Shown in pieces: positions 38,601-51,009 of a stretch of 64,000 bases of DNA. Origin of the DNA: Paragordius varius (taxonomy: Eukaryota > Animalia > Nematomorpha); assembly GCA_964247055.1 (NCBI GenBank), contig OZ176059.1, positions 2,666,001-2,730,000 on the forward strand, written 5' to 3'. A program made the position numbers and the translations under genes. Position 1 is the first letter of the stretch. Every line of letters begins with the position of its first letter. The notes below the pieces were generated by a model, which was not told where the DNA came from, ran no database searches, and saw only the letters and a list, made by a program, of their open reading frames with translations.

Positions 38601-40413
38601 TTCGATTTTATTTCAAAAATATAGGTATTAAAAGTTATTATTTTAAATAATACATAAAAAACTCACCCATTTATGAGTGGTTAAGTACACGGTTTGATTT
38701 TGATTCTTTTAAAAATGCAAGAAGCGCCATCACGGATTCATCCACCGGGCGCCAAAAATGCAAGCTAAGCCTCTGTTTTTGGGGTGCTTGTTAAATGTTA
38801 ATAATGTCAAAAAGCCTCTGTCAAATATCGCTATAAATAGGTTTAAACAGTGCAAACACAAAATTAATGCAATAAATTATTATTATTCTGATAGGGAAAT
38901 GTATCAGGATTCTTATGGTGTTTTTGTTTTAGGATTCTTTAATTTATATTAACACTTCATTACCAATTTTGTGCAAATGAGTGCATGGGGTTTTCCTTAG
39001 TTTGGTTATAATATAATTATCAAACCCAGCTCTCCTGTATTAGATAAAATAGCTCTTATATTTTTTAAAGTTTTTTAAGGTGCGTCCGTAACTTTGATAT
39101 CCCCAAAACACGATTGAAAGAAACAGCTCATATTAAGATCAATAAATATCAAAAATATGTTGGTAGAGTTTGAAAGCTTCTAAAATTAAATATTTAGAAA
39201 TAATACACATTTATTTGCCTGTTGATTGCAATTTAAAATAATCCAAAGAAATGTAAATCCCGGTGATTTTTTTTAAGGCATACCTTTCAATATATGTTAA
39301 AGAAAGCACATGTTTAAATTTTACTCAATACTTAGATAATAAATGTTAAATGACCCTTATGGTATAAAACTACCCTAGAATGTATTGAGGTGAAATATAA
39401 CATTATTATCATAGTGATTATGGTTTTGCTTATCAGTTTTAATTCTAAAATTTTATACTCATAGAGATTTAGTAGGGAAATGCTCCACACCAAATATTTT
39501 GTTAACAGTTCATTTGTGAATTTTCTAGCAATTCAAAGTTATACATAATATTTACAAAAATATAAAGTGTGGCATTTGAAAGACATTTAAGCAAAACGTG
39601 TTAATCAATTTGAATTTCAAAGTGATTTATCAACATGACGCCGACACAAGCCCTTTTAAGCCCCCCTGAGTTAGGCTTCACCACATGTAATAAATTTTAA
39701 GTTTAAAAGACATTTTCCAAAAACTTATTGGCCCTGAATCAACATGTATCTGTGATATTATAAATTAAATAATACATTTAAACGTCAGTAATATTAGCCT
39801 TACAAAGAAATGCGTACGCAGGCATCATTAACAAGACTTGACAAATTTGCTTTTTTATATATCTTTTAATAAAACAAGCATTGAAAAGCGCCCACCGTTA
39901 AAATGTATCGTTTATTTTAATCTCTCTCCTCATATTGCATAAAAAAAATTTTATTTTACATTTAACCTTTATTTCAAAAGCAGCCCTATGCTAATATTTG
40001 ATTTTATTCAAAGGTTTATGTTCAAGGTCACGGCCGCTATTGAAAAATATATTTCATTTTTTATTTACATAAAAAGCAACATTAGGAGTGTTTTTCTGTG
40101 TTTAATATAACCGAAAATATTTATTTGATCAAACTACAACCCTAATAACACTTGAAACATGATACATTATATTTTGATTATACATTACAACATCTAAAAA
40201 TAAAATTTCATCATATATCGTTAGGGGTGTTTTCGAAATAAATGGCTTTAAATGTCGCTAATGCAATAATTACTAAGGGGGTATGTCAATAAAGAAAGCA
40301 CTCTAAACTCAATGTTCATGCTATCAAATCAAATATTAAAAAATCGTATAAAAAAGGAGGTCTCAATAATATTTTACAATATATTTTTATTTTTCATTCC
40401 ATTAAAATACAAA

Positions 40414-43400
40414 ATGATGTATCAACTAATGCTAAATACTTTATTACCCGTTTTCTATATAATATATTGTGGTATTACAGGTAAAACCTTTTTTATTATT
40501 GCGATATATAGAGAAGGATAGATATAGTTTCTTTTTATGATATTACTAAACAATTTCAATTATATATGCATACTTAATAATTTTATCTATGGATATTGAC
40601 TCAACTCACAGCTAGATTATTGTTGGGAAAAACTATTTTTTATAAAGTTAAAAGGTCCCTTAATTACTAAAACAATTAAAACTGTCTGTACAATTTTTTA
40701 GAACAATCCTATATAATATTCGATTGTAACAACTTATATCAAAAAAAATGTTTCATTTGCTTGGTATAATTAGATGTGTATTCTGAATGTGGGCTCCAAT
40801 ATGCCAGAATTAGTACGCCAAATTGCAGTTTATTATCACAAAACATTATCAATGGATATCCTGCCAATATCCAGGCTTGGCCTTGGCAGGTACTTTTGAA
40901 AAATATAATATTTTTTAGCTTTTCCTCAAAATGGAACGCAGATATGATTGTGGAGCTGTGCTCATTCATCCAAAATTCGCTTTAACCGCTGCACACTGTG
41001 TGTGGGGAAAGTTTGTGCACTTAATTAATATTTTACTTATTATAATATATATTCTATAATATCTCTTTAGATATTACATATTATTTATAATCATGTATCA
41101 TTAGCTCGAATATTTTATATGAATGAATATATCAAAATCATTTAAACTTCGGTGTTGTCTTTCTTAAATCGTTTGTATGACTGCCTGATTTACCAATCTT
41201 AATAAACGCTATCTATTAAAAACTATGGGCAAAATTGGATTACCTCTTTAAAAGAAAATATTTATTTGGGTTGGGATTTTAAATAGTTTAAAACCGGTCT
41301 GACCATGCTTGTGAATGCAATCATTCACGTAACCAACCAATTAAAACTTTGCTAAATAAAAACATAAATTGACACTAATCAAAATGATTAATTAGTATTT
41401 TTACTATGAAAACTGTAATCATACATGGGAAAACGTTTTGATTGATTGGGAAAATGTTTCGATTGACTGAAAAACGAGAAATCCAAAATTTTTGATCACA
41501 GTGTTTAAATGCTTTTTAAGATTCGGTAAAGGAAAATATTGGATAAAAATCCTGAGGCAAAGGATATTTCGTCCAACTTTATGTATACCATAGAATTATT
41601 TCATTTTAATTCATTTTAGGCATGTGAAAATGATACAAGTTTATGGGCGCGTTACCAACCTATTTAATGCCGTGTACATGGATGATCCCAATGCTTGGAG
41701 ATCTTTAGTGAGCAACGTTCATTACAGCAAAGATTTTATGTAATATTCTATACTATTTTATTTATATAAAATATTTATAATCTGTCTTTAATTGTAAAAT
41801 ATTTTTTTTTCGTTCAAAGTTATAACTTAAAACAACTAATAATAAGATGTACTAACGGTTCATAAAATATTATAAACTGCTTAAGTTTGCCCATTCATCA
41901 AATAATAAACAGGCTTTCTAAAAAAGGGATTTAGTAAAGTAACATAAAGATTGCATAGAAGGGAATTGGTTAAAAATTGACTTTAAACAAAGTTTCTTAT
42001 AGCTTTAGTTTAGTTTTCCCTAAATTTATGAAGGATATTATTTACTAAAAAATCCATGAAAGTTAAAAAATATCAAAACGACACATATCTTAAAAATTGA
42101 ATTTATACTGGCAAAAGGTAAAAATATAAAGACAATTTTTTTTTCAAAAGACCGTTGTACTTTTTAAACTTGATTTTAATAATAGCAATGTATGTATTAG
42201 ATATGTAAATTTGTAATACAATCATCTATATATTTTTTAAATTTTAAATTAATATAAGTGAAAAATCAAGGTTTGAAAAAAGTATGGTTGTTTTTTAAAA
42301 AAAAATATTGGTCATTTTAACGTTATGTCTGTATAATTTCAATTTTTACCCTAATTGGGAGAAAATAAATTAGTTTTAGTAAATGATATGCCACGCGTCT
42401 TGCACACGCCTGGCTAAGAGTTACCATAAATTCATTAAGGATATTTTATAATTATACTTAAAAACCCATGAAAGTTTAAGAAAAAAACAAATTTTTACCA
42501 TATATATTTTGTGTGTGTGGTAACTAAAACAGGCCAGCCCATCCCCCGGTCGGTGATATAGCTATTCTTGAATTGACTGAGACGGCTCCGTTAGATAGTT
42601 TTGTCAATTTGGTCTGTCTACCCGATAAGGACAGTACTCCAAATGCCGCCACGGGCCAGGATTGTTATGCTACGGGATGGGGTTTAACCCGATTTGAACC
42701 AAGTTTACTATGAATTAATTGATTGATAGCTTTTTACTAACTATAAATTGTGCGCAAAAATTGGATAATTTACACAAAATATATCAGTTTTAACAAAAAT
42801 ACTTTAGAAAACTTATTTATTTCAAGTTTTTTTAGACATTTACAGTATGAGTAAATATATATTGCTATAGTTTTTCATTAAATATTTCTAGATAGCATAT
42901 CGCAGTAAAAAATAAAAAATATAAATATAAACCAATTATATTGATATGCTATCAGGCAACAAAAAATGGAAAATTAGCTATGTACAGTCATGTATCCTTT
43001 ATTTTATCCAAAATTTATTTTCTTTCGTTAAATGGGTTTAAAGAGTTGTTAAAGAATGAAAAACAAGGGTTCTATGATATTAATTATATATACCATTTCC
43101 CAGTCTAAATAAACGTTTTCCCAGTCAATCGAAACATTTTCCCAGTCAATCGAAACGTTTTCCCAGTCAATCGAAACATTTTCCCAGTCAATCGAAACGT
43201 TTTCCCAGTCAACAAAAACGTTTTCCCAGTCAATCGAAACGTTTTCCCAATCAATAAAAACATTTTCCCAGTCAATCGAAACATTTTCCCAGTCAATAAA
43301 AACGTTTTCCCAGTCAATAAAAACGGTTTTATTTTTGATGATAAATATCAAAACAAGACATAAAATTAACTTTTAACCATTATCAGCGTAATATTAGGAT

Positions 43401-46400
43401 ATTATTTTGCAAAAAAAACACAATTATTGAATGACAATTTTTCCCATATACTCCACTACATAATCTTTAATGACTTAAAAGTTGGACTATTACTGTACAA
43501 AAATACCTGAATAAATCCATCATTGTTTGATTTTATTAGAGAGACAAATTGAGATAATATATTAAAAAATGATTTTTATTTATTGTATATGTTATCAAAA
43601 GATCACATATAAGGTAAACCGGCTCCCGCCTTTACCATATTTGTCATTATCTTTTCAAAATAATTTCTGCTATCCTCCGATGTTATGGAGCCCGCTGCCA
43701 ATTTTATCAGATTCAATAATCACATTCGCATTCATATTATTTAATATAATATTTTGTCGGACAAAATTTTTCATATTTGAAAATGCCATTTCGATTGGGT
43801 TCAACATATAACTGTACGGGGACAAAAAATCAAGTTTGTATTTGTATAAATCGGCTCTACATTTTAATTCATTTTTTTTATGAATCCGTGCATTGTCCAT
43901 GATAAAATGATATTGAATATCGTCCCGCTTTAAATGTTCACAAAAAAAACTTGTAAAGCGTTGGGAATTGACTGTTCTTTGGCTTTCTATTTCGTAATAA
44001 ACCATACCTCTTAATGACAGAGCTCCAATAAAAGTGATGTTTCTGCCTTTTACGCTAGACACCACAATATTGGCTCTCGTGCCACTTTTGGATCGACCTT
44101 GGCTTCTTCTAATATGGTTATTATAACCGCATTCATCCAAATAAATAATATTTGTTAAGTCATCGGAGAAAGATTGTGAAAACCATATTGCGTATTTTTT
44201 CCTTAAATCTATTTGAGCATCATTGACTTTTTCATTAAGATGATGGGCTAACTTCAAAGTTATTTTTAAAGATTTGATTATTCGGTCTATAGAGGATTTA
44301 GATAATTTTATTTTTTTTTCATCTTCCAAAAATTTTTTTAACTGGTTAATTGTTAATGACGGCTGATAAGTTAGTTTATTATCTATGAAACGCATAATAT
44401 CTTCCGTAATTTTTTTGTTTTTAGTGCCTCCACGAGTTAGAATTTCTAAACTATTGTTTTTTATATATTTATACATAATTTGACGAGCAGTATTACAGTT
44501 TATATCTAAATCCTTTGATACATCCACAGTCCATTCTCTATCAAAAAAAACTCGTTTTACTAATCGCTTTCTATCTTGTTGAGATATAACTAATTTTTTC
44601 TTGATTTCTGTTTCTGACATTACTAAAATATTACTAAATAAAAACCTTATATAGACAACTTGTTGTATGCAAAATAATCAACGTAAGGTTTTTATCTAAT
44701 AAATTAAAAGCAGACGAGAAAATAATGGTATAATATTTTTAATTATTGCACACCAGATAGTCACAGAAAAGGTTAACAACTCGTTATAATCGCTGCATTG
44801 TATATAGGTAATCAGATTATATACTATTTGTGTTTCAGTTAGCCCTTAAACATTAAAATTTCATACTTAAACATCTCAAATTAACATAAACTTGCGTACC
44901 ATAATATTATGTATTTGTATTCTATCCAATATATTTTTTCATTAAAATCAACTTTTTCATCGTAAAATTATTTTTTAAAACAGTATTTTGATCAAGGACA
45001 AAGTTGAAAGGTTTCCTTTTTGATTGTAAAGAGTTGAAAATACATTTAAATTTTATGATTCAATCCGAAACTTTGGATATTTTAGGTTAGCCCCGAATAT
45101 TAATGCGAACGATTGATAAAATAAATAAATTATTAAATCAAATACTCATCCAGCTAATAAAATATAGCTTTCAAAGATAAGTTAAAGATTGTGTGGTGGA
45201 GTTTATGGGAAAAATTGTCATTCAATAATTGTGTTTTTTTTGCAAAATATTATCCTAAAATTACGCTGATAATGGTTAAAAGTTATTTTTGTATCTTGTT
45301 TTGATATTTATTATCAAAAATAAAACCGTTTTTATCGACTGGGAAAACGTTTTTATTGACTGGGAAAACGTTTCGATTGATTGGGAAAACGTTTCGATTG
45401 ACTGGGAAAACGTTTTTATTGACTGGGAAAACGTTTCGATTGACTGGGAAAACGTTTCGATTGATTGGGAAAATGTTTCGATTGATTGGGAAAACGTTTC
45501 GATTGACTGGGAAAATGTTTCGATTGACTGGGAAAACGTTTATTTAGACTGGGAAATGGTATATCATATTCATCAAAAAAGTATAAGAATTACCATAGAG
45601 TTCTTGTTTTTTCCATTCTTTACCAAATATTTATACGCCCATTTAATGAAAAATAAATTTTTGATAAAATAAAGGATACAGTGACTATATTACTCTTATT
45701 TGTATATAATTCTGCCACCGAGTTATTATATGTTAGGTGGTCGTCCTAACAAGCTTTGTATCAATATACATATAAAATGTACTTATTTTGTTCTTTTATT
45801 ATTTTTTCTTATGAAAAATATAACGTGGTAATAAAAAAAATTTCCATATTTTTGCCCCAAATTTAATTTTTATATATTAAATTAGACAATTTTTTATTTC
45901 TTCTAAAAATAGTAAATATATTTACTAACTAACTAACTATAGTGTCATCTCATAGGCTAATTTATAATTTAAAAAATTCAAAAGTTACTCCTTGTTCATT
46001 TTATTGATGAAAATCGTATTATCGGACCCATTTATAAAAAAAATATCGCACCTAAAATACAGTAAGAAAAGATATTATTGGCTATTCCATTATTCTAATT
46101 GGGGAAAGGAGTATTTAATTAACATGTCTATTGGCATGTATGATTTTTCATTTTTTATTTGTTCCATATTAAATATTTTAGAGAAAAAATGCATTGAAAA
46201 ATCATGTTAGCAATGAATTTAATGTGGTAATTCAAAAAAAGGAAAATCCCATACCAGACATGTAAATTAAATCTCCCCTTTTAGCCAATAAATATACCAA
46301 AATACCCAATAATAACTCTCGTTACTGAATAATAATCGAATCACATAAATAATTTACAGTAAAAAATGAAAAATATAAAACATAATGAAACAATTTTTTT

Positions 46401-46630
46401 CCAAAAGACGGCTGAAATTTTAAACATGAAACTTTAATATATAAATCATGTTTTAGGTTGCAAAGTAATAGGAATGTAAATTGGTAGCTAAATTAAAATA
46501 CTGTAAAATTAAATAATTTATGTAGGAAAAGAAGCTTAGGTTTAAAAAAGTATGGGGTAATCTAGTAAAGAATTTGGTCATGTTTTTTGGCCTTCCGATA
46601 ATTTCAAGTTTTAATGTATTTCCAATTTTC

Positions 46631-46674
<44 letters not shown>

Positions 46675-48746
46675 TGTCATAGCCGGACGAGCCCCAGATA
46701 ATTTACAAGAGGTGTGCCTACCATACGTTTCAAACCAAGACTGCAGAGACAAATATGCAAACATAGGCATTCAAGTGACGAACCAAATCTGCGCTGGCGT
46801 CGAAGATAGCATGCGAAATATTTGTCATGTATGTCCCTCATAATATATATAAATTTTTAATTTTTTTACCTTGGAGGTTAGATTATACTGGTTTAAAAAT
46901 ATATTCAATTTAATCTTTAGAATCTAGATAGATCAGTGGTGTCCAACACAAATCACTTTGCGGGCCGCATTTAAATTATATAAAAATATGTAGGCATTAA
47001 TAAATATTTTTGTAGTTTTAAACGTAAGACTGTAAAATGCAAACATAACATATTTACCAATTTTTTCTATTTTGTTGGCAATTGGATGGACTTTTTCTAA
47101 AAAAATATGTTTAATAATTTTGAGCATAAATATGCAAATTCTGGATTTCCAAAATTTTTGCGGGCCGCGAATATCTTGGTGGACCACGTAGTAGAAAACC
47201 CTGTTCTACTTTTGAGACACGACTGATAAATATTGAATCGCTTTAATGGCATTAATACAAGAATTTGACAACTGCCAAAATAAAAAATGTGTGTTCATTA
47301 CACATGTTTCATAAAATATTATTTTATTAGTATGCAAATATTTTTGCAAATTCATAACTACTAAATAAATCCTCATCAATATTTTTTGGCTACGATTAGA
47401 AACGCGAAGCAATAGCGTTTATTTCATAACTTAAATCTAAATCGATATCAAATTTAATAGTAAAATTAATGGTTTATGTAAAAATCCGATTCGATTGAAA
47501 GCCGTAACGCTATAGTTTTAACAAATTTGAAATTACACAACAATTAAAATTATACAGACAACTAGGGTTGTGCTGACCAAGTCAGTGACTATTTATGTTT
47601 GACCATGGTCATTAAAAAACAGCTGGTTTTTGAAAAATTTTGTTCTTTTGGAAGAGAGGTAGAAAGATTTTATTGTTTTTTAATATGTTTTTTTATAAAT
47701 TAAATATTTAAATATGTTTAACAATATAAAAAAATTGTTAAACATGCATCTTTAAAACATTAGTTTTTAAGCATATTTAGTTATTTCGAATAAAATAACA
47801 ATCAAGCATTGTTCAAAATATGCAATTATGCCATATATGTAAACCAATGAAAAAAAAACATTTCATAATTGGATATTAATTCATTGATGAAAGAAAGTGT
47901 AAAACAAACAAGGTAAAATTTTATTTGAAATATCCAGTATTAGTTATGTATTTGAAGATTCAGAAACAAACATGTGGCAAAATTCTTGATTAATATTGAT
48001 TGAATATATTTGTAAATAAAAATAATACAAACTTTCAAGAAAAAACATGACATTATTAGCCGCAAGTGTCGTGCGAATATTTTCACAATCCAATATCGCA
48101 TGATACTTACTTAAGTAAAAAGTAGTCATGACCATAATCTGACTGGGTCTTAAGGGACTTTTTTAAAAAAACAGTCAAATGCACAACCCCACAGACAACA
48201 CATAAAAACTAAAAATTAGACCACCAAATTTTTCAATACTTACCCAAATAAACTATCTACAATTGTAATAGATTTATTGTGTTACTAATATACATCTCTG
48301 TTTCATACTTTAAACAATGATTTATATAAAAATATCAAGGTTACAGAAGTTTGGGGTTGTATTTTGAAAAAAAAAATGGTTGTCTTTTAGTTTTTAAGTT
48401 TTGTCTTCTGTATAAATATACTTCAGACTTATAAAATCAAGATCAATCCAATTCGATTGGAAGCGGGAACGCATCAGTGTTCATTGAACAAATTTAAATA
48501 AATTACAAAATTATATTTTAAAATCATATTTTGAAATATTTTAAATTAAAATTTTTTCCAAATTACGTTTTGTAGGGAGACTCTGGAGGTCCCCTAGTTT
48601 GCCAAGATCATGTGAGTGGCAGATGGAACGTGTATGGAATTGCAAGTTACAATCAAGCTCAAAACTGTTACAGTCCAGGTTATCCACCAGTTTTTACTCC
48701 AGTCCAGGAATACAGCTCATGGATTTCATCCGTTATTAACAACTGA
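40414..48746 (+). CDS. Secreted S1A (trypsin/chymotrypsin-fold) serine protease, 7 exons, 293 aa
   Basis: Exons 40414-40480 (hydrophobic signal-like MMYQLMLNTLLPVFYIIYCGIT), 40774-40889 (ECG...IING...WPWQ), 40919-41010 (CGAVLIHPKFALTAAHC), 41620-41739, 42533-42702 (GDIAILEL...VCLP...TGWG), 46683-46828 and 48576-48746 (GDSGGPLVC...WI). The His/Asp/Ser triad is intact and the phases are consistent. Exon 1 is the least certain. Confidence 0.9.
41426..41475. repeat. Remnant of the family C 21-bp repeat (TGGGAAAACGTTTTGATTGATTGGGAAAATGTTTCGATTGACTG)
   Basis: About two copies of the repeat found in the 43093-45559 element, lying in protease intron 3. Confidence 0.7.
43093..45559 (-). mobile_element. 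IS630/Tc1-mariner element with ~380-bp TIRs, each carrying eleven 21-bp tandem repeats; TA TSD
   Basis: TA|CCATTTCCCAGTC at 43091-43105 and GACTGGGAAATGG|TA ending at 45561. Inverted identity continues past the arrays to ~43472/45183. A central transposase ORF is present. Confidence 0.9.
43670..44620 (-). CDS. DD34E transposase (IS630/Tc1-mariner, DDE_3-like), 316 aa
   Basis: Two N-terminal HTH-like segments, then IYLDECG, IMDNARIH and LSPYSYMLNPIE; 34 residues lie between the second D and the E. The C-terminal tail may be frameshifted. Confidence 0.9.
   Translation of the reverse strand: MSETEIKKKLVISQQDRKRLVKRVFFDREWTVDVSKDLDINCNTARQIMYKYIKNNSLEILTRGGTKNKKITEDIMRFIDNKLTYQPSLTINQLKKFLEDEKKIKLSKSSIDRIIKSLKITLKLAHHLNEKVNDAQIDLRKKYAIWFSQSFSDDLTNIIYLDECGYNNHIRRSQGRSKSGTRANIVVSSVKGRNITFIGALSLRGMVYYEIESQRTVNSQRFTSFFCEHLKRDDIQYHFIMDNARIHKKNELKCRADLYKYKLDFLSPYSYMLNPIEMAFSNMKNFVRQNIILNNMNANVIIESDKIGSGLHNIGG
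46934..47190. mobile_element. Possible hAT-derived MITE
   Basis: Starts CAGTGGTGTCCAAC, has GCGGGCCGC subterminal motifs near both ends and a degenerate right end. No clear TSD. Confidence 0.4.
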
Positions 48747-48853
48747 AAAATTAACAAATGAATTATTTAATACTTACACAAATCCACTATAACTTAAAAA
48801 TAATTAATATTTGCCCAAACACTTTTATGTACCTCTTATAAATAACATCATAA

Positions 48854-49140
48854 CCATTTACACCTCACATTTACCCTTGAACATTTCAAATTTACCCTTG
48901 TATATTTCGAATCCCCATTGAAAACTAATCAAATTCACCCAAAAATAACTTATGATTTTTTGAGCTAATTTAACTCATTATTATTGATAGGAAATATTTT
49001 TTTATGGCATCATGGGATTATTTTTCCTGTATTATGTAAAACAAAGTTTTATTTTTTAAAATATCAACAAATATAGGTAAATTATTATATTAAAAACACA
49101 TATAAATTGTCCAGGGGAGACTTTAAAGTGTATTAATATA
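48854..49140. mobile_element. MITE family A copy (degenerate)
   Basis: CCATTTACACC...CCCTTGAACATTTCAAATTTACCC plus the shared internal segment GAGCTAATTTAACTCATT. The right end is eroded. Confidence 0.6.
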
Positions 49141-50244
49141 TATTTTATGAATTTTTTTATCATCTCGTTATAATAGCAAAACAATATATATATATATATA
49201 TATATATATTGAAAAGCATGCCAAACACAATCAACTTTTTATACAGAAAAGCGAAATTATATTATACAGACAAAACGTAAAAAATAAAAGACAAATATTT
49301 TATATAAGACTTTTATTTTTGACATCTTGATTTTTTAAATAAGACACTGTTGGAGTAAAAAGAGATGTAAATTGTTACCTCACTCACTCAATTATAATAT
49401 AAAACTTTAATTAAATATAGATTATGTAGGAAAAATCAAGTTTGAATAAATAAACTTTTGTATTTAATAAAAAATATATGTGTTATTTTTACGCACTTGT
49501 CCGTATAATATTTTCATGCATATATATTTATTGTGAGATACTGACAAACAACTTCATAAAAAATAATTTTGTCTTTAATAATATAAATAAATGTTTTTCA
49601 GGCGGGTATTTAATTTTGGATTAACACTTTGTTTTCTATAAAATTTAGGCTGATATATTATTCTAAAATAATTCCCAATTTTAAAAACGACAAAATGGGT
49701 AACATTGCAGCAGGTCGAGACTTTCCAAAAATAATCTAAAATCGTATAATATATTAGCTATTTATAGCTATAATATTTCAAAAGTTGGCATTCAAAAAGA
49801 AAAAGTCAAATTTTACGAATAAATAATAAAATTAGTATGTTGAGATATATTATTTGTTAAAACGGGTTTCGAATAATATAGTAACAAATAAAATTTATTT
49901 CACACACTGGAATCGTAATTATTTAAAGGAAATCATAGATAAAACTTAATTGGTGTTTTGACGGATGAAAATATAAAAAACATTTTTACATTTATTATGA
50001 CGCATACCTAAGGTGACCAGATTTTTTGAAGGAAAAAGCGGGACAAATCTGAGAAGGGGGGGAGGTCATTGGGGGAAAAATTTTTATACAAAAAATTTAT
50101 TGTAATATTTATTTATTTTTAACACAAATACATTATAAATATATAAATGTACCTTACTGGTTGTTTGTACCTTATTCAATAAATTTAGTGCACGAACAAA
50201 GGGTGAAGTGATTGTAATATTCTAGAAGACGAGATCATCACAAG

Positions 50245-51000
50245 CGCTGGGTGATGCAAGAAGCGCCACAAAAAATATTTTTAACAATTTAGCGAATATC
50301 TTAATCAAAACATTATTGGTAGATACTCAACGCTATTCAAACAGCTACTGATTTGTTACGCCTGGATGTGGAAAATATGATGTTAAAATGCTTGGATATT
50401 GCAGAACTGTTGGTTAGCTCTTTTCCCAGCGATTGAAATATTTATAAAAATGTAATCTCCTAGAATCGTATTATTTATCACAGGACAAAGGTCAAAATTC
50501 CAAGTCAAAAAAGGTTAGAAAATAATTTTATACCATTACCTAATCGCAATATTATAAGCATCCAGAAAACAAGGCTCAATGAATAGGCAGAATATAAAAA
50601 TTCATACAAACAGAAACGATTATTTGGAAGATAAGACGGTGCACAATGACACTTTTTTATGAAGTCTCATTATTAAATAAGTATATTGAATGAAAACTTA
50701 TATTATGGACAATAGAAAAAATACGTAGGATAGAAATGGTTAAAATAATCATTTTTAAACAAATTATGTTCCATACAATAATATTTTAATTGAGAATTTG
50801 CATTATCTTTACCTGAACCACTGCTATTGAACGCGTTTTTCCACAGTAAATTAAGTAAGGAAAATCAAATTTTAATGTTGAATAAGTGCCGTTTTATGTG
50901 TTCAAATATAATTTGACAAATTATGAAGACTTATACAATATTTCAAGTAATTTTGTTTATTTTTTAACATAAAAACTTTATAAATATAAGAAATATATTT
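50245..51000 (+). pseudogene. Inverted, diverged copy of the 3' half of the hAT transposase
   Basis: Plus-strand matches to the minus-strand gene include CAAACAGCTACTGATTTGTTAC (~51975-51998), AAAATGCTTGGATATTG (~51860), TTATCACAGGACAAA (~51770), GGTTAGAAAATAATTTTATACCATT (~51571-51596) and CGCGTTTTTCCACAGTAAAT (~51170). Confidence 0.8.
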
Positions 51001-51009
51001 TATTCTTTG

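Larger units (their letters stand above)
42985..45687. mobile_element. CAGTCA-type MITE split by the foldback-like DD34E element (nested insertion)
   Basis: Left arm TA|CAGTCATGTATCCTTTATTTT (42985-43090) and right arm AAAATAAAGGATACAGTGACTA|TA (45562-45687) rejoin into the 22024-22236 element in reverse orientation. Confidence 0.75.

Noticed and set aside
43093-43325. Short regularly repeated units resembling a CRISPR array
   Set aside because: The repeats are contiguous with no unique spacers, there are no cas genes, and the context is eukaryotic and intronic.
43049-43351. ORFs with (VSIDWEN)n repeats here and at 45289-45672, and (TGKTFRL)n in the other frame
   Set aside because: They are translations of the 21-bp TIR arrays; a period divisible by 3 keeps frames open. 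They are mirror images of each other with no splice or domain support.
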